This document shows, piece by piece, positions 13,236 through 27,214 of a stretch of DNA of 64,000 bases (its first letter is position 1; each line of letters starts with the position of its first letter). Position numbers and translations under genes: made by a program. Under the pieces are notes generated by a model. The model worked only from the letters and a program-made list of their open reading frames with translations. It had not been told where the DNA came from and did not search any database. The DNA comes from Mobula hypostoma. Taxonomy: Eukaryota. Where the stretch lies: NCBI RefSeq assembly GCF_963921235.1, contig NC_086097.1:93374001-93438000 (forward strand), read 5' to 3'.

Positions 13236-13953
13236 GATCTTCCATCTTTAATAGCTCTATTTTTGCCTTTCAGGGTTCTTTTGAAGACCCTGACCTGGAG
13301 TTACACGCTGACTACAGTTCTTTGCGGGAATGGGACCTGCTCTCAGGATTCCATAATGGGTTGTTGTTTGGCACGCCAAAGGCTCAAGCCTAGGATCTTG
13401 GGGCTCTGGAGACGGGCGGATCGGGGGTCGGTGTTACGACAGGAGACCCGTGTGTCGTCAGGGGAATCAGGATAGCTGCTGTGTGCCTGGAGACCCGGGA
13501 TCTTGCGAACTTCAGGCACAGAGCTTGAAAAAAGCAACGTAACAGACTTTTAACATCATAATCCAGCAAGTTGTTTGTTATGTCTCCCCGCTCACTGGGA
13601 AAATAGAGACACATCTTTCTCCCTTACTAGGAAGAGAGAGAGAGCCTGTGGTATGTCGAATACTGGGTGAAACGTGAAGTCTTTGGGATACTTGCAAGTC
13701 TGCTTTGCTCACGCTTGGGTGCTTGGTGGCGGTGCCGATGCTTGCTTTTTTTTTGCCGATGGGGGGAGGGGGGATTGTTGCTCGCTGCCATTTATGCATG
13801 GGGGGGAGCTGGTAGGGGGGAACTTTGGGGTTCTAACATTTAACTGTCATTCATTCTTTGGGGCACTCCTCTGTTTTCATGGATGGTTGTGAAGAGAGTG
13901 CATTTCCGGATGTATATTGTATGCATTTCTTTGACATTAAATTGTACCTTTGA
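13236..13953 (+). mobile_element. Non-coding retroposon, family A, 5'-truncated copy
   Basis: Reverse-complement match to about 2802-3555; inserted in a Rex-like 3' UTR. Confidence 0.7.
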
Positions 13954-16900
13954 ATTAAAAATAGTGCAAAACAAAAATGATGAAAGTGAGGTAGTGTTCA
14001 TAGGTTCAATGTCCACTTAGGAATTGAATGGCAGAATCCAGAATTGCTGAGTGTGTGCCTTCAGGCTTCTGTACCTCCTTCCTGATGGTGACAATGAAAA
14101 CATAAGACCATAAGATATAGGAGTACAATTAAACCATTTGACCCATCGAGTCTACTCATCATGGCTGATCCATGTCCCTCTCAGCCTCAGTCTCCTGCCT
14201 TTTCCACATCTCCCTTCATGGCCAGGCCAATCAACAATCTATCAATATCTGCCTTAAATATACATAAAGACTTGCCTCCATAGCTGCCAGTGGTAAAGAA
14301 TTCCACAGATTCCCCATTGTCTGGCTCAAGAAATTCCTCCTCATCTCCATTCTAAAAGAACACCCTTCTATTCTGGGGCTGTGTCCTCTGGTCTCGGGCT
14401 CTCCCACCATAGAAACATCTTCTCCACATCCACTCTATTAAGCCCTTTCACCATTTGATAGGTTTCAATGAGGTCACCCCTCATTCTTCTGAATTCCAGC
14501 AAATACAGGCCCAGAGCCATCAAACACTCTTCATATGACAAGCCATTCAATCCTGGAATAATTTTTGTGAACCTCCTTTGAACCCTCTTCAGTTTCAGCA
14601 CATGCTTTCTAACATAGAGAGCCCATAACTGCTCACAATACACCGAGTGAGGCCTCACCAGTGCTTTATAAAATCTCAACATTACTTGTCCTCTTGAAAG
14701 AATGCTATCATGGCATTTGCCTTCCTCACCACAGACTCAACCTTTAGGGAACCCTGCACAAGGACTCCCAAGTCCCTTTGCACCTTAGATTTTTGTATTT
14801 TCTCTGCATTTAGAAAATAGTCAACCTTTTCATTTCTTCTACCAAAGTGCATGACCAAACTCTTCCCGACACTGTACTCGATCTGCCATTTCTACATTCA
14901 TTCTCCTAACCTCACTTCTCCTGTAGCCTCTCTACTTCCTCAAAACTACCTGCCCCTCCACCTTTCTCTGTAAACTTCATGACAAAGCCATCGATTCAAA
15001 TCATTTACATATAACGTATAATGAATCAGTCCCCATATAGACCCTTATAGAACACCACTAGTCACTGGCAGCCAACCAGAAAAGGCTCCCTTTATTCCCA
15101 CTATTTGCCTCCTGAAAAATCTAGTCACTGCTTTATCCTTACTAGAATCTTTCCTGTAATACCATGGGCTCGTGGCTTGTTAAGCAGCCTCATGTGACAC
15201 CTTGTCAAAGACCTGAAAATCCGAGTACACATCATCAATCAATTCTCCTTTGTCTATCCTTCTTGTTACTTCTTCAAAGAATTCCAACAGATCTGTTAGG
15301 CAAGATTTTCCCTTGAGGAAACCATACTGACTGCAGCCAATTATATCATGTGCCTCTAAGTACCCTGAGACCTCATTATTAATAATCGACTCCAACATCT
15401 TCCCATCCAATGAGGTCAGACTAACTGGCCAATAGTTTCCTTTCTTTTGCCCCTCTCCCTTCTTGAAGAGTGGAGTGACATTTGCAATTTTTCAGTCTTC
15501 CAGAACCATTCCATAATCTAGTGATTCTTTTAAGATTGTTATTAATGCCTCTATGATTTCTTCAGCCACTTCTTTCAGAATTCTGTGGTGTACACCATCT
15601 GGTCCAAGTGACTTATCTACCTTCAGACCTTTCAGTTTCACAACAACCTTCTCTCTAGTTGTGGTCACTAATTTTTGCTCTATTATATGCTCTCTCTTTG
15701 TATTTTATGCTGGCTTTGACTTCTCTTGTTAGCCACGGTTATGTCATTTTTCCTTTAGAATACTTCTTCCTCTTTGGGATATTCTGCCCAACACCTCTCT
15801 CATGCCTCTGTAATTCCATTTACTCAACTGTAATACTGACACATCTGACTTTAACTTCTCCCTCTTAAATTGCAGGGTGAATTCTACCATCTTATGATCA
15901 CTTGCTCCAAAGGGTTCTTTTACCTTAAGCTCTCTCATCAATTCTGGTTCATTGGACAACACCCAATCCAGAATAGCTGATCTTCTATCGGGCTCAACCA
16001 CAATCTACTCCAAAAAGCCATCTTGTAGGCACACTAGAAATTCCCCCTCCTGTAATCCAGCACCAACCTGATTTTCCCAATCTACCTGTACATTGAAATC
16101 CCCCGTGACTATTGTAATATTGCCCTTTTGGCATGCATTTTCCATCTTCCATTGTAATTTGTTGGCCACATCCTTACTACTGTTTGGGGGTCTGTATACA
16201 ACTTCCATCAGGGTCTTTTCACCCTTGCAGTTCCTTAGCTCTATTCACAATGATTCAATGCCTTCTGACCCTATGTCACCTCTTTTAATGATTTGATTTC
16301 ATTTTTTACCTACAGACCAATGCTGCCCTCTCTGCCTTCCTGCCTGCCCTTTCAATACAATGTGTATCCTTGGACATTAAGCCCCTAGATATAATCCTCT
16401 TTCAGCCATAATTCCATGATGCCTACAACAGGAACTTGTGCTGCAAGTTCATCTACCTTATTCCGTGTACTGTGCGCATTCAAACAAACACCTTCAGTCC
16501 TGTATTCACCCTTTTTGATTTTGTCTGCCTTTAATGTTGCAACTCATCCTGTTGACCACGATTTTGCCCTATCAACAGCCTCTCCTCACTACATATTGCC
16601 TCTGTTTATAAACCAGTTACCTCATCTTCAGCACTGTAATCGGCCTTTCCTACAATACTTCTTGCATTGAAATATCGGCAGTTCAGGTAACTAGTCACAC
16701 CATGCTCAACCTTCTGATTCCTGACTTTGAGGTTTTACCAGCTTCTGCCTTCACAATCTTGCTACTAACTGTTCTGGCACACTGGTTCCCATTCCCCTGC
16801 AACTCTAGTTTAAACCCCACCATCCAGCATTAACAAACCTTCCCACAGAATATTAGTCTCCCTCCAGTTCAGGTTCAAGTCATCCTTTCTGTACAGGTCC

Positions 16901-19900
16901 CACCTTCCCTGGAAGAGAGCCCAAATATCCATCCAAATATCCTATACCCTCCCTCTAACACCAACTCCTTAGCCACATATTAAACTGTAGCCTCACTAGC
17001 ATATGGCACAGGTAGCAATCCTGAGATCACAACCCTGGAGGTCCTGCCCTTTAACTTAGCACCTAACTCCCTCAGCTCCCTATGCAGAGCCTCATCACTC
17101 ATCCTTCCTTTCTTATTCAATCTTTTTATTAAGTTTCAAAATTAATAAGCATAACAATAATAATGATACAAAGAGATCAGGATTACATTAATAACGGTTA
17201 ACATGTACAAGCACAGATTCCAAGTAACAAATATAATTTAGCCTCCCAATCTCATAGCAACTGACCGTGAAAAAAAGATATAAGGAGAAAAAAAACCCTA
17301 AACTGAAAAAAAACAGAAATTGGGCTGTTATATTACAACGGTTGATATTATTATTTGTCGTTAACTCCGCTCCTCTACACATGAACAAAAAAATTTTACA
17401 AAAGATTCGGAAAGGGTCAACTTACATCATATGAAAATATTGAATAAGTGGCCTCCAAGTCTCTTCAAATTTAACCGAAGAATCCATAGTACCGCTCCTA
17501 ATTTTTTCCAAGTTTAGCCATGTGATCATTTGGGAAAACCATTGAAATGTAGTAGGGGGATTGGAATCTTTCCATTTAAGTAAAATGGATCTTCTGGCTA
17601 TTAATGTAACAAATGCAATTAGATGACAAGCTGATGAGGATGAATGACTAGTCTATCACTGGTAGTCCAAAAATTGCAGTAACAGGATGTGGTTGTAAAT
17701 CAATACGCAGAACTACTGAGATAATATCAAAAATATCCTTCCAATATTTTTTTAGAAGAGGACAAGACCAAAACATATGTGTCAAGGAAGCTACCTCGGA
17801 ATTACATCTATCACAAACAGGATTTATATGGCAATAAAAACGAGCTAACTTATCCTTGGACATATGAGCCCGATGAACCACCTTAAATTGTCTAAAGCAT
17901 GTCTGGCACACATTGAAGAGGTATGAACTAGTTGAAAAATCTTCTCCCATTTATCTGTAGGTAAAGGTATCTGAAGTTCTCTTTCCCACTCATTCTTAAT
18001 TTTATCGGAAGTACCTAAGTGTATTTTCATAATTAAGTCATAAATAAATGATATTAAACTCTTCTGATAGGGATTTAAACTTAAAATTTTTTCTGTAACT
18101 TCAATTTGATGTGATATCTGAAAGGTAGGTAAAATAACATTCAGAAAGTTTCTAATCTGTAAATATCTGAAAAAGTGTGATCTAGGCAAATTATATTTAT
18201 TAGACAATTGTTCAAAAGACATAAAACAATCATCCATAAATAAATCACGAAAACATGTTATTCCTTTTGTTTTCCATAAAAGAAAAGCTTGATCAATTCT
18301 AGATGGTTGAAAGAAAAAATTAGATATAATAGAACGTGACAGGATAAACGTATTCAGTCCAAAAAATTTACGAAATTGAAACCATATTCATATTATATGT
18401 TTAATTATTGGATTTATGATTTGTTTATTCAATTTAGAAAGTGCAAAGGGAAGCGCAGCCCTAAAATAGAAGCCAATGAAAACCCCTGTACAGACTCACG
18501 CTCCAGGTTCATCCATCGTGGACATTCAGTTTCATCCAACTCTTGTATCCAAAACATTAAATTTTGAATATTAATTGCCCAATAATAAAATCTATGATTT
18601 GGCAAAGCCAAGCTGCCTTCCTTTTTTGATTTCTGTAAATATTTCTTAATTAACCTAGGATTTCTATTCTGCCGTATATATGAAGAAATTTTAGAATCAA
18701 TAATATCAAAAAAAGATTTAGGGATAAAAAATTGATACCATCTGAAATAGATACAGAAATTTAGGTAAAATAATCATCTTAATAGCATTTATTCGACCAA
18801 TCAAGGATAAGGACAATGGGGACCATTTAGTAAACAATTGTTTAACATGATCAATTAAGGGTAAAAAATTAACTTTGAATAAATCCTTGTGCTTCTTAGT
18901 AATTTTAACACCCAATAAAATAAAATAATCAGTAACCAATCTAAATGGTGACTGTCTATAAATTGAGACTTGCATATTTAATGGGAAAAGCTCACTCTTA
19001 TTAAAATTCAATTTATAACCAGAAAAACTACTAAACTGAGCAAGTAGTGTTATTACTGCAGGAATGGATTTCTCTGGATTAGTAATATATAATAACAGGT
19101 CATCTGTATATAGTGATACTTCATGCGTCCCATCCCCACGAGTAGTGCCAAATATATTAGGTGAATTACGAATAGCGATTGCCAAGGGCTCCAGGGCAAT
19201 ATCAAATAGTAAGGGGCTCAAAGGACAGCCCTGCCTAGTATCTCAGAAAAGCCTAAAGAAAGGGGATCTCTGATTATTAGTGAATACAGAAGCCAAAGGT
19301 GTATCTCATTTGGATCCAAGATATAAATTTTGGGCCAAGTATATTAAATAAATATTCCCATTCAAGTCTATCAAGCATCTTCTCAGCGTCGAGCAAGATA
19401 ACACATTCTGGAGTCTTAGATAAAGTAGTGTATACAATGTTCATTAACCTCCTAACATTAAAATGTGAATAATGATTTTTAATAAATCCTGTCTGATCCT
19501 CGGAGACAACTTGTGGCAACACCCTCTCCAATTTAATTGCTAATATTTTAGAAAGGATTTTAGAATCCACATTCAGCAAAGATATAGGTCTGTATGATGC
19601 ACATTTAGTGAGATCTTTATCTTTTTTATAAATTAAAGAAATAGATGCTTCATAAAAGGGTTGTGGTAATTTACCTGCAAATAAAGCATCTTTAAAAATT
19701 TTACATAACCAGGGAAAAAGTAAATCTGAAAAAAATTTTAAAAATTCAGCTGTATACCCATCTGGATCAGGTGCTTTACCAGAACTCATCGAATAAATTG
19801 CTTTCTTTATTTTCTCTTCAGTAATGGGTGTGTCTAGTGCTAAACGTTCATCAACTGATAATTTCAGAATATTCAATTTCCTTAAAAATTCATGCATTAT

Positions 19901-20042
19901 GGTAAAATCATCAGGATATTCTGATTGGTATAAATTGGTATAAAATTTTTGAAAAGATTTGTTAATTTCATCATGGTCAACCGTCAAAATACCATTCCGT
20001 TTACGAATCGGTTAGCCAATAATTTACCCGATTTATCAATCT

Positions 20043-21155
20043 ATGTTCCGTGCCTATTCTGGTATCTGTCCCCCACTTTTCCTTCGCTACATCGACGACT
20101 GCATTGGCGCTGCTTCCTGCACGCATGCAGAACTCGTTGACTTTATTAACTTTGCCTCCAACTTTCACCCTGCCCTCAAGTTTACCTGGTCCATTTCCGA
20201 CACCTCCCTTCCCTTTCTAGATCTTTCTGTCTCTGTCTCTGGAGACAGCTTATCCACTGATGTCTACTATAAGCCTACTGACTCTCACAGCTATCTGGAC
20301 TATTCCTCTTCTCACCCTGTCTCTTGCAAAAACGCCATCCCCTTCTCGCAATTCCTCCGTCTCCGCCACATCTGCTCTCAGGATGAGGCTTTTCATTCTA
20401 GGACGAGGGAGATGTCTTCATTTTTTAAAGAAAGGGGCTTCCCTTCCTCCACTATCAACTCTGCTCTTAAACGCATCTCCCCCATTTCACGTACATCTGC
20501 TCTCACTCCATCCTCCCACCACCCCACTAGGAATAGGGTTCCCCTGGTCCTCACCTACCACCCCACCAGCCTCCGGGTCCAACATATTATTCTCCGTAAC
20601 TTCCGCCACCTCCAACTGGATCCCACCACTAAGCACATCTTTCCCTCCCCCCCTCTCTCTGCATTCCGCAGGGATCGTTCCCTACACAACTCCCTTGTCC
20701 ATTCGTCCCCCCCATCCCTCCCCACTGATCTCCCTCCTGGCACTTATCCGTGTGAGCGGAACAAGTGCTACACATGCCCTTACACTTCCTCCCTTACCAC
20801 CATTCAGGGCCCCAAACAGTCCTTCCAGGTGAGGCATCACTTCACCTGTGAGTCGACTGGGGTGATATACTGCGTCCGGTGCTCCCGATGTGGCCTTTTA
20901 TATTTTGGTGAGACCCGACGCAGACTGGGAGACCGCTTTGCTGAACATCTACGCTCTGTCCGCCAGAGCAAGCAGGATCTCCCAGTGGCCACACATTTTA
21001 ATTCCACATCCCATTCCCATTCTGACATGTCTATCCACGGCCTCCTCTACTGTAAAGATGAAGCCACACTCAGGTTGGAGGAACAACACCTTATATTCCA
21101 TCTGGGTAGCCTCCAACCTGATGGCATGAACATTGACTTCTCTAACTTCCGCTAG
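20043..21155 (+). CDS. Penelope-like RT C-terminus + GIY-YIG endonuclease (partial ORF)
   Basis: FLRYIDDC, LPFLDL, YYKPT, SSSHP thumb motifs; CxxxxCxxC; GVIYCVRCSRCGLLYFGETRRRLGDRFAEH; EEQHLIF...GMN. Confidence 0.9.
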   Translation: MFRAYSGICPPLFLRYIDDCIGAASCTHAELVDFINFASNFHPALKFTWSISDTSLPFLDLSVSVSGDSLSTDVYYKPTDSHSYLDYSSSHPVSCKNAIPFSQFLRLRHICSQDEAFHSRTREMSSFFKERGFPSSTINSALKRISPISRTSALTPSSHHPTRNRVPLVLTYHPTSLRVQHIILRNFRHLQLDPTTKHIFPSPPLSAFRRDRSLHNSLVHSSPPSLPTDLPPGTYPCERNKCYTCPYTSSLTTIQGPKQSFQVRHHFTCESTGVIYCVRCSRCGLLYFGETRRRLGDRFAEHLRSVRQSKQDLPVATHFNSTSHSHSDMSIHGLLYCKDEATLRLEEQHLIFHLGSLQPDGMNIDFSNFR

Positions 21156-21447
21156 GCCCCACCGCCCCCTCGTACCCCATCTGTTACTCATTTTTATGCA
21201 CACATTCTTTCTCTCACTCTCCTTTTTCTCCCTCTGTCCCTCTGAATATACCTCTTGCCCATCCTCTGGGTCACCCCCCCTTGTCTTTCTTCCCAGACCT
21301 CCTGTCCCATGATCCTCTCGTATCCCCTTTTGCCTAATACCTGTCCAGCTCTCGGCTCTATCCCTCCCCCTCCTGTCTTCTCCTATCATTTTGCATCTCC
21401 CCCTCCCCCTCCAGCTTTCAAATCCCTTACTCACTCTTCCTTCAGTT

Positions 21448-21483
21448 AGTCCTGACGAAGGGTCTCGGCCTGAAACGTCGACT
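21448..21483 (+). ncRNA. Minimal type I hammerhead ribozyme motif (intact core)
   Basis: AGTC-CTGACGA-AGGGTCTCGGCCT-GAA-ACGT-C-GACT: stem I AGUC/GACU, core CUGANGA and GAAA, palindromic ACGU stem III, predicted cleavage after C21479. Confidence 0.8.
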
Positions 21484-23234
21484 GCGCCTCTTCCTATAGA
21501 TGCTGCTTGGCCTGCTGCGTTCACCAGCAACTTTGATGTATGTTGCTTAGTTTTAAGTAATTGATTTTGAATTGGGGATGTTAATAACAAACTATGTTGC
21601 ATCTGAAGTTCAACTCTCTCTTTATAAAGCTCCAAATTGGGAGCAATAGAATATTTTCTATCATTAATTCATTTTTTCAATCCAGCAGAGTATGAAATAA
21701 TTTGCCCACGGATATATACTTTAAAGGTATCCCTTAATATCCCACTGGAAATTTATTCCGTTGAGTTAGTTGAAAGGAAAAAGGCAATCTGTTCTTTAAT
21801 TGAATTAACAAAATTTAAATCCTGAAGCTAAATAGAGTTGTACCGCCATTGTTTAGTACTAAAGGTTACATCAGTTAATTTAATTGATAATTTCAAAGGC
21901 GCATGATCGGAAATGGCAATTGCTTCACATTCAGAGGCAGTGACAAACAAAACTAATCGAGAATCAATAAAGAAGTAATCGATTCTAGAGTAATTATGAT
22001 GTACATGAGAAAAAAAAGAACTCTTGTTCATTAGGATGTAAAAACCTCCAAACTTCTAAAATTCCAGAGTCAACTAAAAAGGAATTAATAAAAATAGCAG
22101 ATTTGTTTGGAAGTACCTGATTCGGTACAGACCTATCCATCATAGGATTCAGACAACAATTAAAATCTCCACCCATTATTAACATATATTGATTTAAATT
22201 GGGAAGAGATGCAAATAAATGCTTAAAGAATTGAGGATAGTCAGTACTTGGTGCATAAATATTAACCAAAACTACTTTATGGTTATGAAATGAACCAGTG
22301 ATTAATAGAAATCTACCATATGGGTCTGAAATTGTATCATAGTGAACAAATGAAATTTGAGTCTATAAAAATAGTAACACCTTTCACCTTAGACGATGAG
22401 TTAGAGTGGACTTCTGTTCCTTCCAAGACCTAAAAAAGTGCTGATTATCCTCCTTCCTCACATGAGTTTCCTGCGCAAAGATAATCTGAGCATTCAGTCT
22501 ATGAAAAACTTTTAAAATCTTCTTCCATTTAATTGGATGATTCAAACCACTCATCCTATCCATGTCATTGGTACCTACATGGACCATGACTTCTGGCTGT
22601 TCACCCTCCCACTTAAGAATGCTGAGGACTCAATCTGAGATATCCTGGTCCCTGGCACCGAGAGGCAACATACCATCCTGGAATCTGGTTCTCACCCACA
22701 GAACTTCGTGTCCATTCCCTAAATGAATGCCCTATCACCACAGCGTGCCTCTTCTCCTCCCCTTCCCTTCTGAGTCACAGAGGCAGGCTCAGTGCCAGAG
22801 ACATAACCACCGCGACTTTCCTCTGTTAGGTCATTACACTGGAGGTCTCCCTGCCTTTGCACACCCCACAAGAGGAGCATCTCACTATCCTGCCTGGCAT
22901 CCCTACTGTCCTAGCTGAGCAGATATAAAGAAAAGAAGGAAAAAATTAGATTTCCTTTGCTTTCCCTGAGTGAAGCCTCTTCACAGAACCTTTGAAGAGC
23001 CAAAGCCTAAAATCACCACTCTGACTATATCCACTCAGACGATGGCTGCTGTGCTTCCTTGCCTTTTTTAATCTGCTCTTACTAGTCAATCCCAGATGCC
23101 AACTGTTCGCTGATCAAAGCTCTGTTACACTGCCACGACCTGCTGCTGCTGCCTGTTATCCTCAAACAATGGACCTGATTGAAGTTCCCTCCTCTCCAGG
23201 CTTCCAATGACCGGATTGGTCGCTGGTCAATGAT

Positions 23235-24950
23235 GGATGCCACCTTCCTGAGACACCTCTCCTTGAAGATGTCTTGGATACTACAAAGGCTTGTGCCCAA
23301 GATGAAGCTGACTGATTTTACAACTTTCTGTAGCTTCTTTCAATCCTGTGCATTCGCCCTCCCCCTGCCCAATACCAGAGAGCGATGCAGCTTGTCAGAA
23401 TACTCTCCATGGTACATCTGTAGAAGTTTTCAAGTGTCTTAGGTGACAAACCAAATCTCCTCAAGTATCTAATGAAATATAGCCGCTGTCTTGCCTTCTT
23501 TATAGCAACATCGATATGTTGGGACCAAGTTAGATTCTCAGAGATCTTGACACCCCGCAACTTGAGATTGCTCACTCTCTCCACTTCTGATCCCTCTATG
23601 AGGATTGGTTCATGATCCTTCGTCCTACCCTTTCTGAGGTCCACAGTCACCTCTTTGGTCCTACTGGCGTTGATTGCAAGGTTGTTGCTGCGACACCACT
23701 CAACTAGCTGGTATATCTCGCTCCTGTATGCCCTCTCATCTCCATCCTAGATTCTGCCAACAATGGTTGATCATCAGCAAATTTTTAGATGGCTTATGAG
23801 TTACGACTCGTCACAGTCATGGGTATAGAGAGTAGAACAGTGGGCTAAGCACACATCCCTGAGGTGCACCAGTGGTTATCATCAGTAAGGAGGAGTTATT
23901 AATACCAATCTGCACAGATTGTGACCTTCTGGTTAGGAAGTCAAGCATCCAGTTGTACAGGGAGGTACAGAGGCCCAGGTTCTGTAACTTACGGTGTAAA
24001 ACACTGAGGTATAGTCAAGGAAGAGCATCCTGACATAGATGTTTGTATTATCCTGGTGATCTAAGGCTGTGTGAAGAGCCACTGAGATTGCGTCTGCTGT
24101 AGACCTATTGTGGCAATAGGCAAATTGTAATGGTCCAGGTCCTTGCTGAGGCAAGAGTTGATTCTAGCCATGACCAACCTTTCAAAGCATTTCATCACCG
24201 TAGATGTGAATGCTACTGGATAATAGTCATTAAGGCAGCTCACACTACTTTTGGACACTGGTATAATTTGAAGCAGGTGGGAACTTCCAACCGTAGCAAA
24301 GGGAGAGGTTGAAAATTTCCTTGAATACACCTGCCAGTTGGTTGGCACAAGTTTTCAGAGCCTTACCCAATATTCCATCAGGGCCTGCTGCCTTAGTAGG
24401 GTTCACCCTCCTAAAAAACAGCCTGACATCGGCCTCCGAGACAGAGATCACAGGGTCACCAGCTGCAGCAAGGGTCTTCACAGCTGTAGTTTTAATCTCC
24501 CTTTCAAAGCGAGCATAAAAGGCGTAGAGCTTGTCTGGGAGTGAAGCATCAGTGCCATTCATGCTATTGGGTTTCACTTTGGAGGAAGTAATGTCCTGCA
24601 AACCCTGCCAAGGTTTGACGTGTATCCGAAGTTGCCTCCAACCTCGCTCAGAATTGTTTCTTTGCTCTTGAAATAGCCCTTTGCAAGTCATACCTGGTTT
24701 TCTTGCACATTCTTGGGTCGCCAAACATAAATGCCACAAGTCTAGCTCTCAGCAGATGACAAACCTCCTGGTTTATCTGCTGATTTTGGTTTGGGAATGT
24801 CCAGCAAGATTTCGTAGGACACACTCAACCAGATAGGTTTTAATGAAGACAGTAACAACTGTGGCATACTCATCCAAATTTGAAGAGGATACCTGAATAT
24901 AGACCAGTCTGCTGATTCAAAGTAGTCCTGGAAGCATTTCTTGTCCCTTG
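23235..24950 (-). mobile_element. Rex1/Babar-like LINE, degraded ORF2
   Basis: [45 protein letters not shown] and KARQRLYFIR motifs. Confidence 0.85.
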
Positions 24951-25994
24951 TTCATTACCTCACTGATTTACTGATGTAATTGCATTTACTACTTTTGTGT
25001 CCATCTAACTATTCTTTTGAGATCTACATACCACTTCAATCCTTTTTCTTCATTATCATTTACACTGTCAGTTTTGATACCATTTGCAAATCTCTCAATC
25101 ATGGCTTCTAAATTTTGATCCAAATCATTGTCATGTACAATGAAAAGAAATCCCTCTGTAATCAAGTTGTACACAGCCCTGTTATCACTAAAACTCTCAT
25201 CAACCATTGCCCCTTTGTTTTTTCTACTACTGAATCAACTTTTAATCCAACTTAACACTTTCCCTTGGATCCTATGATGCTCTATTTGATGTATTTGCCA
25301 CGTGAAACTTTGTGAAGTTCACTGCTAAAATCCACATAAGACACATCAACACCCATTACAGCTTAAGAAAATTCAGCCAAGTTGGTCAGACATAACATTC
25401 CCTTATCAAACTCATGCTAATTATCTTGATGAATCTGTGCCCATTTATGCTGTCACTGAAAGCTTCCCACTAATTTAACACTATAAACATTTGGCTAACT
25501 GTAGTTAGTCGTCCTACACCTCGCCCTCTTACTGAAGTCAGATTGACACCACTCATAGCTTACGAAGCTAGGGTTTGCCATTCCAGTCTTGTATTCTCTG
25601 AATGGAGTGATAACCACGACCAAACAATCTCCCTAGTACTGAGAATTAATCTCTACAATTGTTAATTCTTTTTCCTTCATCTTTTAATTATTTGGAGAAA
25701 TTTAAATAAGTAAATAAAATTCATTTTTCTGGTTCCTTCTGACTCCAGTGTTTCTCTTCATGCAAACCTTTCTCTTTACTCTGTGTTAGTTCTTTTTTTG
25801 AGACATACCTTCATTTGAGACTGATTTAAATACTCTGATATTTCCTGTTTCAGAAGCTGTGCTGCTTAACATGTTGGGTAAGGTGATACACAGGTACTTG
25901 CCAATTTATAAGATTTCAGTATCCCTGGAAAGTGGTTTGGGTCATTGGAATATGTTGACAGCAACTTCAGTACAAATTTACAGAAAAACTAATA

Positions 25995-26077
25995 CAGGAG
26001 TTCCCAACCTGGGGTCCATAGACCCCCTCTGTTAATAGTAGGGGTCCACGGCATAAAAAAAGCGTTGGGACCCCCTG
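25995..26077. mobile_element. Tiny hAT-Charlie-like MITE
   Basis: caggagttcccaacc ... gttgggaccccctg termini with internal ggggtcca/gacccc inverted motifs; no clear TSD. Confidence 0.5.
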
Positions 26078-27214
26078 CAAATAGGAAATGTGATGAAGGA
26101 TGTGTGTAGTTTGTTTACAATTCACAGCAACAGCAATATGTGATACTATGAGCTTCCTAAAGATGGTTGGGGATATAAAACAAGGATATTATCATTAGGG
26201 AGCCTCTTTGGTTTGCTCGTTTGCGTATTTATTATTCTTAAAAATGTTTTGGTGAAATAAATATTCTTTGATCATAACAGCCTTTCTTACATTCCTAACA
26301 CACAATGGCAGCATAAATTCAGCAATTGCATTCCATACCTTTCTAACTAACAAAAGTTGACTCAGGCTTGAACGTACATGGTTTCTCCCCATTGGTCTCC
26401 TAAATGTATTCCCATGTACTTCTCCTACTCTATTATACTGTTAAATTTTGCTCTGCCTTAACTGTGAGATTCTCTCCTTTCTTCTGGTGGAGTCTGGAAT
26501 CCTCTTCAAATTCCCTTCAATCCTAGACCCTTGATTTAGCATGTGATACTTTTAATTGTGTTAGATATCTACAAGTTTAATGCGCATGCAGGAAATTAAT
26601 GCCATCCATGGCTATCAGGTGAAATATGATGAAGAAATAATAAGTAGCCAATTAAGCAAGCCGTAAGTTATTCACTTGTATTTTAACATTTAAAGTTCTT
26701 ATATTCACAATTAAAATGGAAACTGGCCAGTTATGTTTGCCTTCTGTGGTGTACATGTTAGTATACACAGTTTTTACAGTTAATACAACATTTCATCAAT
26801 GTTGAAATAACAAAACTATGTACTCAGTGAAGTTGCTTGAGGTTACCTGTTGTTCCCATGCTTCTTGTCAGAGCGATGCTAGGAATCTTCCGCATATGCT
26901 TGAGAAAGGAGGCTAAGGCTTGGATTACCTCATCTAAAACATGGCAGTTACCAGCTTGATTTTTCTGATGAAGTTCCTCCAGTAAGTCTTGAAACTACAA
27001 CCTCCTCTTTCAGAGGCAAGCATGCAGCCAATTGAGTCTGTTAGAGTAAGGAAGAAGTTGAAGATAGGGAGAAGGAGAAAGAGAAAAGTATGAAATGTGT
27101 ATGGCAAAGAGCACAATGTATATGGCACAAAAAGATGATGCTAAAGACTTTCCTTCAAAACATTGCTCTTTGGATCATCATCCACACCCTCTGAAGAGTG
27201 GTCATTGAAGGAGA

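Larger units (their letters stand above)
20039..21548 (+). mobile_element. Penelope-like retroelement (EN+), 5'-truncated, inserted in the L1
   Basis: Uninterrupted ORF followed by a pLTR with an intact hammerhead motif; splits L1 ORF2 between NQLLKT and DKSGKLLAN. Confidence 0.92.
17106..22547 (-). mobile_element. L1/Tx1-like LINE: nearly complete ORF2, 5'-truncated, pseudogenised
   Basis: EN (GLNHPIK, QETH, NIYAP, GGDFN, SRIDYFF, ISDHAP), RT (YRPISLLNVDSKIL, DQTGF, LDAEK, SPLLF, SLYTDD) and Cys-rich C-terminus (CDRC...HMFWSC). 10-bp TSD CACTCATCCT at 17096-17105 and 22548-22557. Confidence 0.9.
14100..22900 (-). mobile_element. Near full-length degraded CR1 LINE (esterase-like ORF1 + EN/RT ORF2), interrupted by an L1
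   Basis: 3' tail at 14100; LVRPHSVYCEQLW, GFLKGKSCLTDLLEFF and endonuclease VVYRPPN...GDFN motifs; ORF1 VHVGTND (SGNH-like) at about 22560-22590. Confidence 0.85.
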
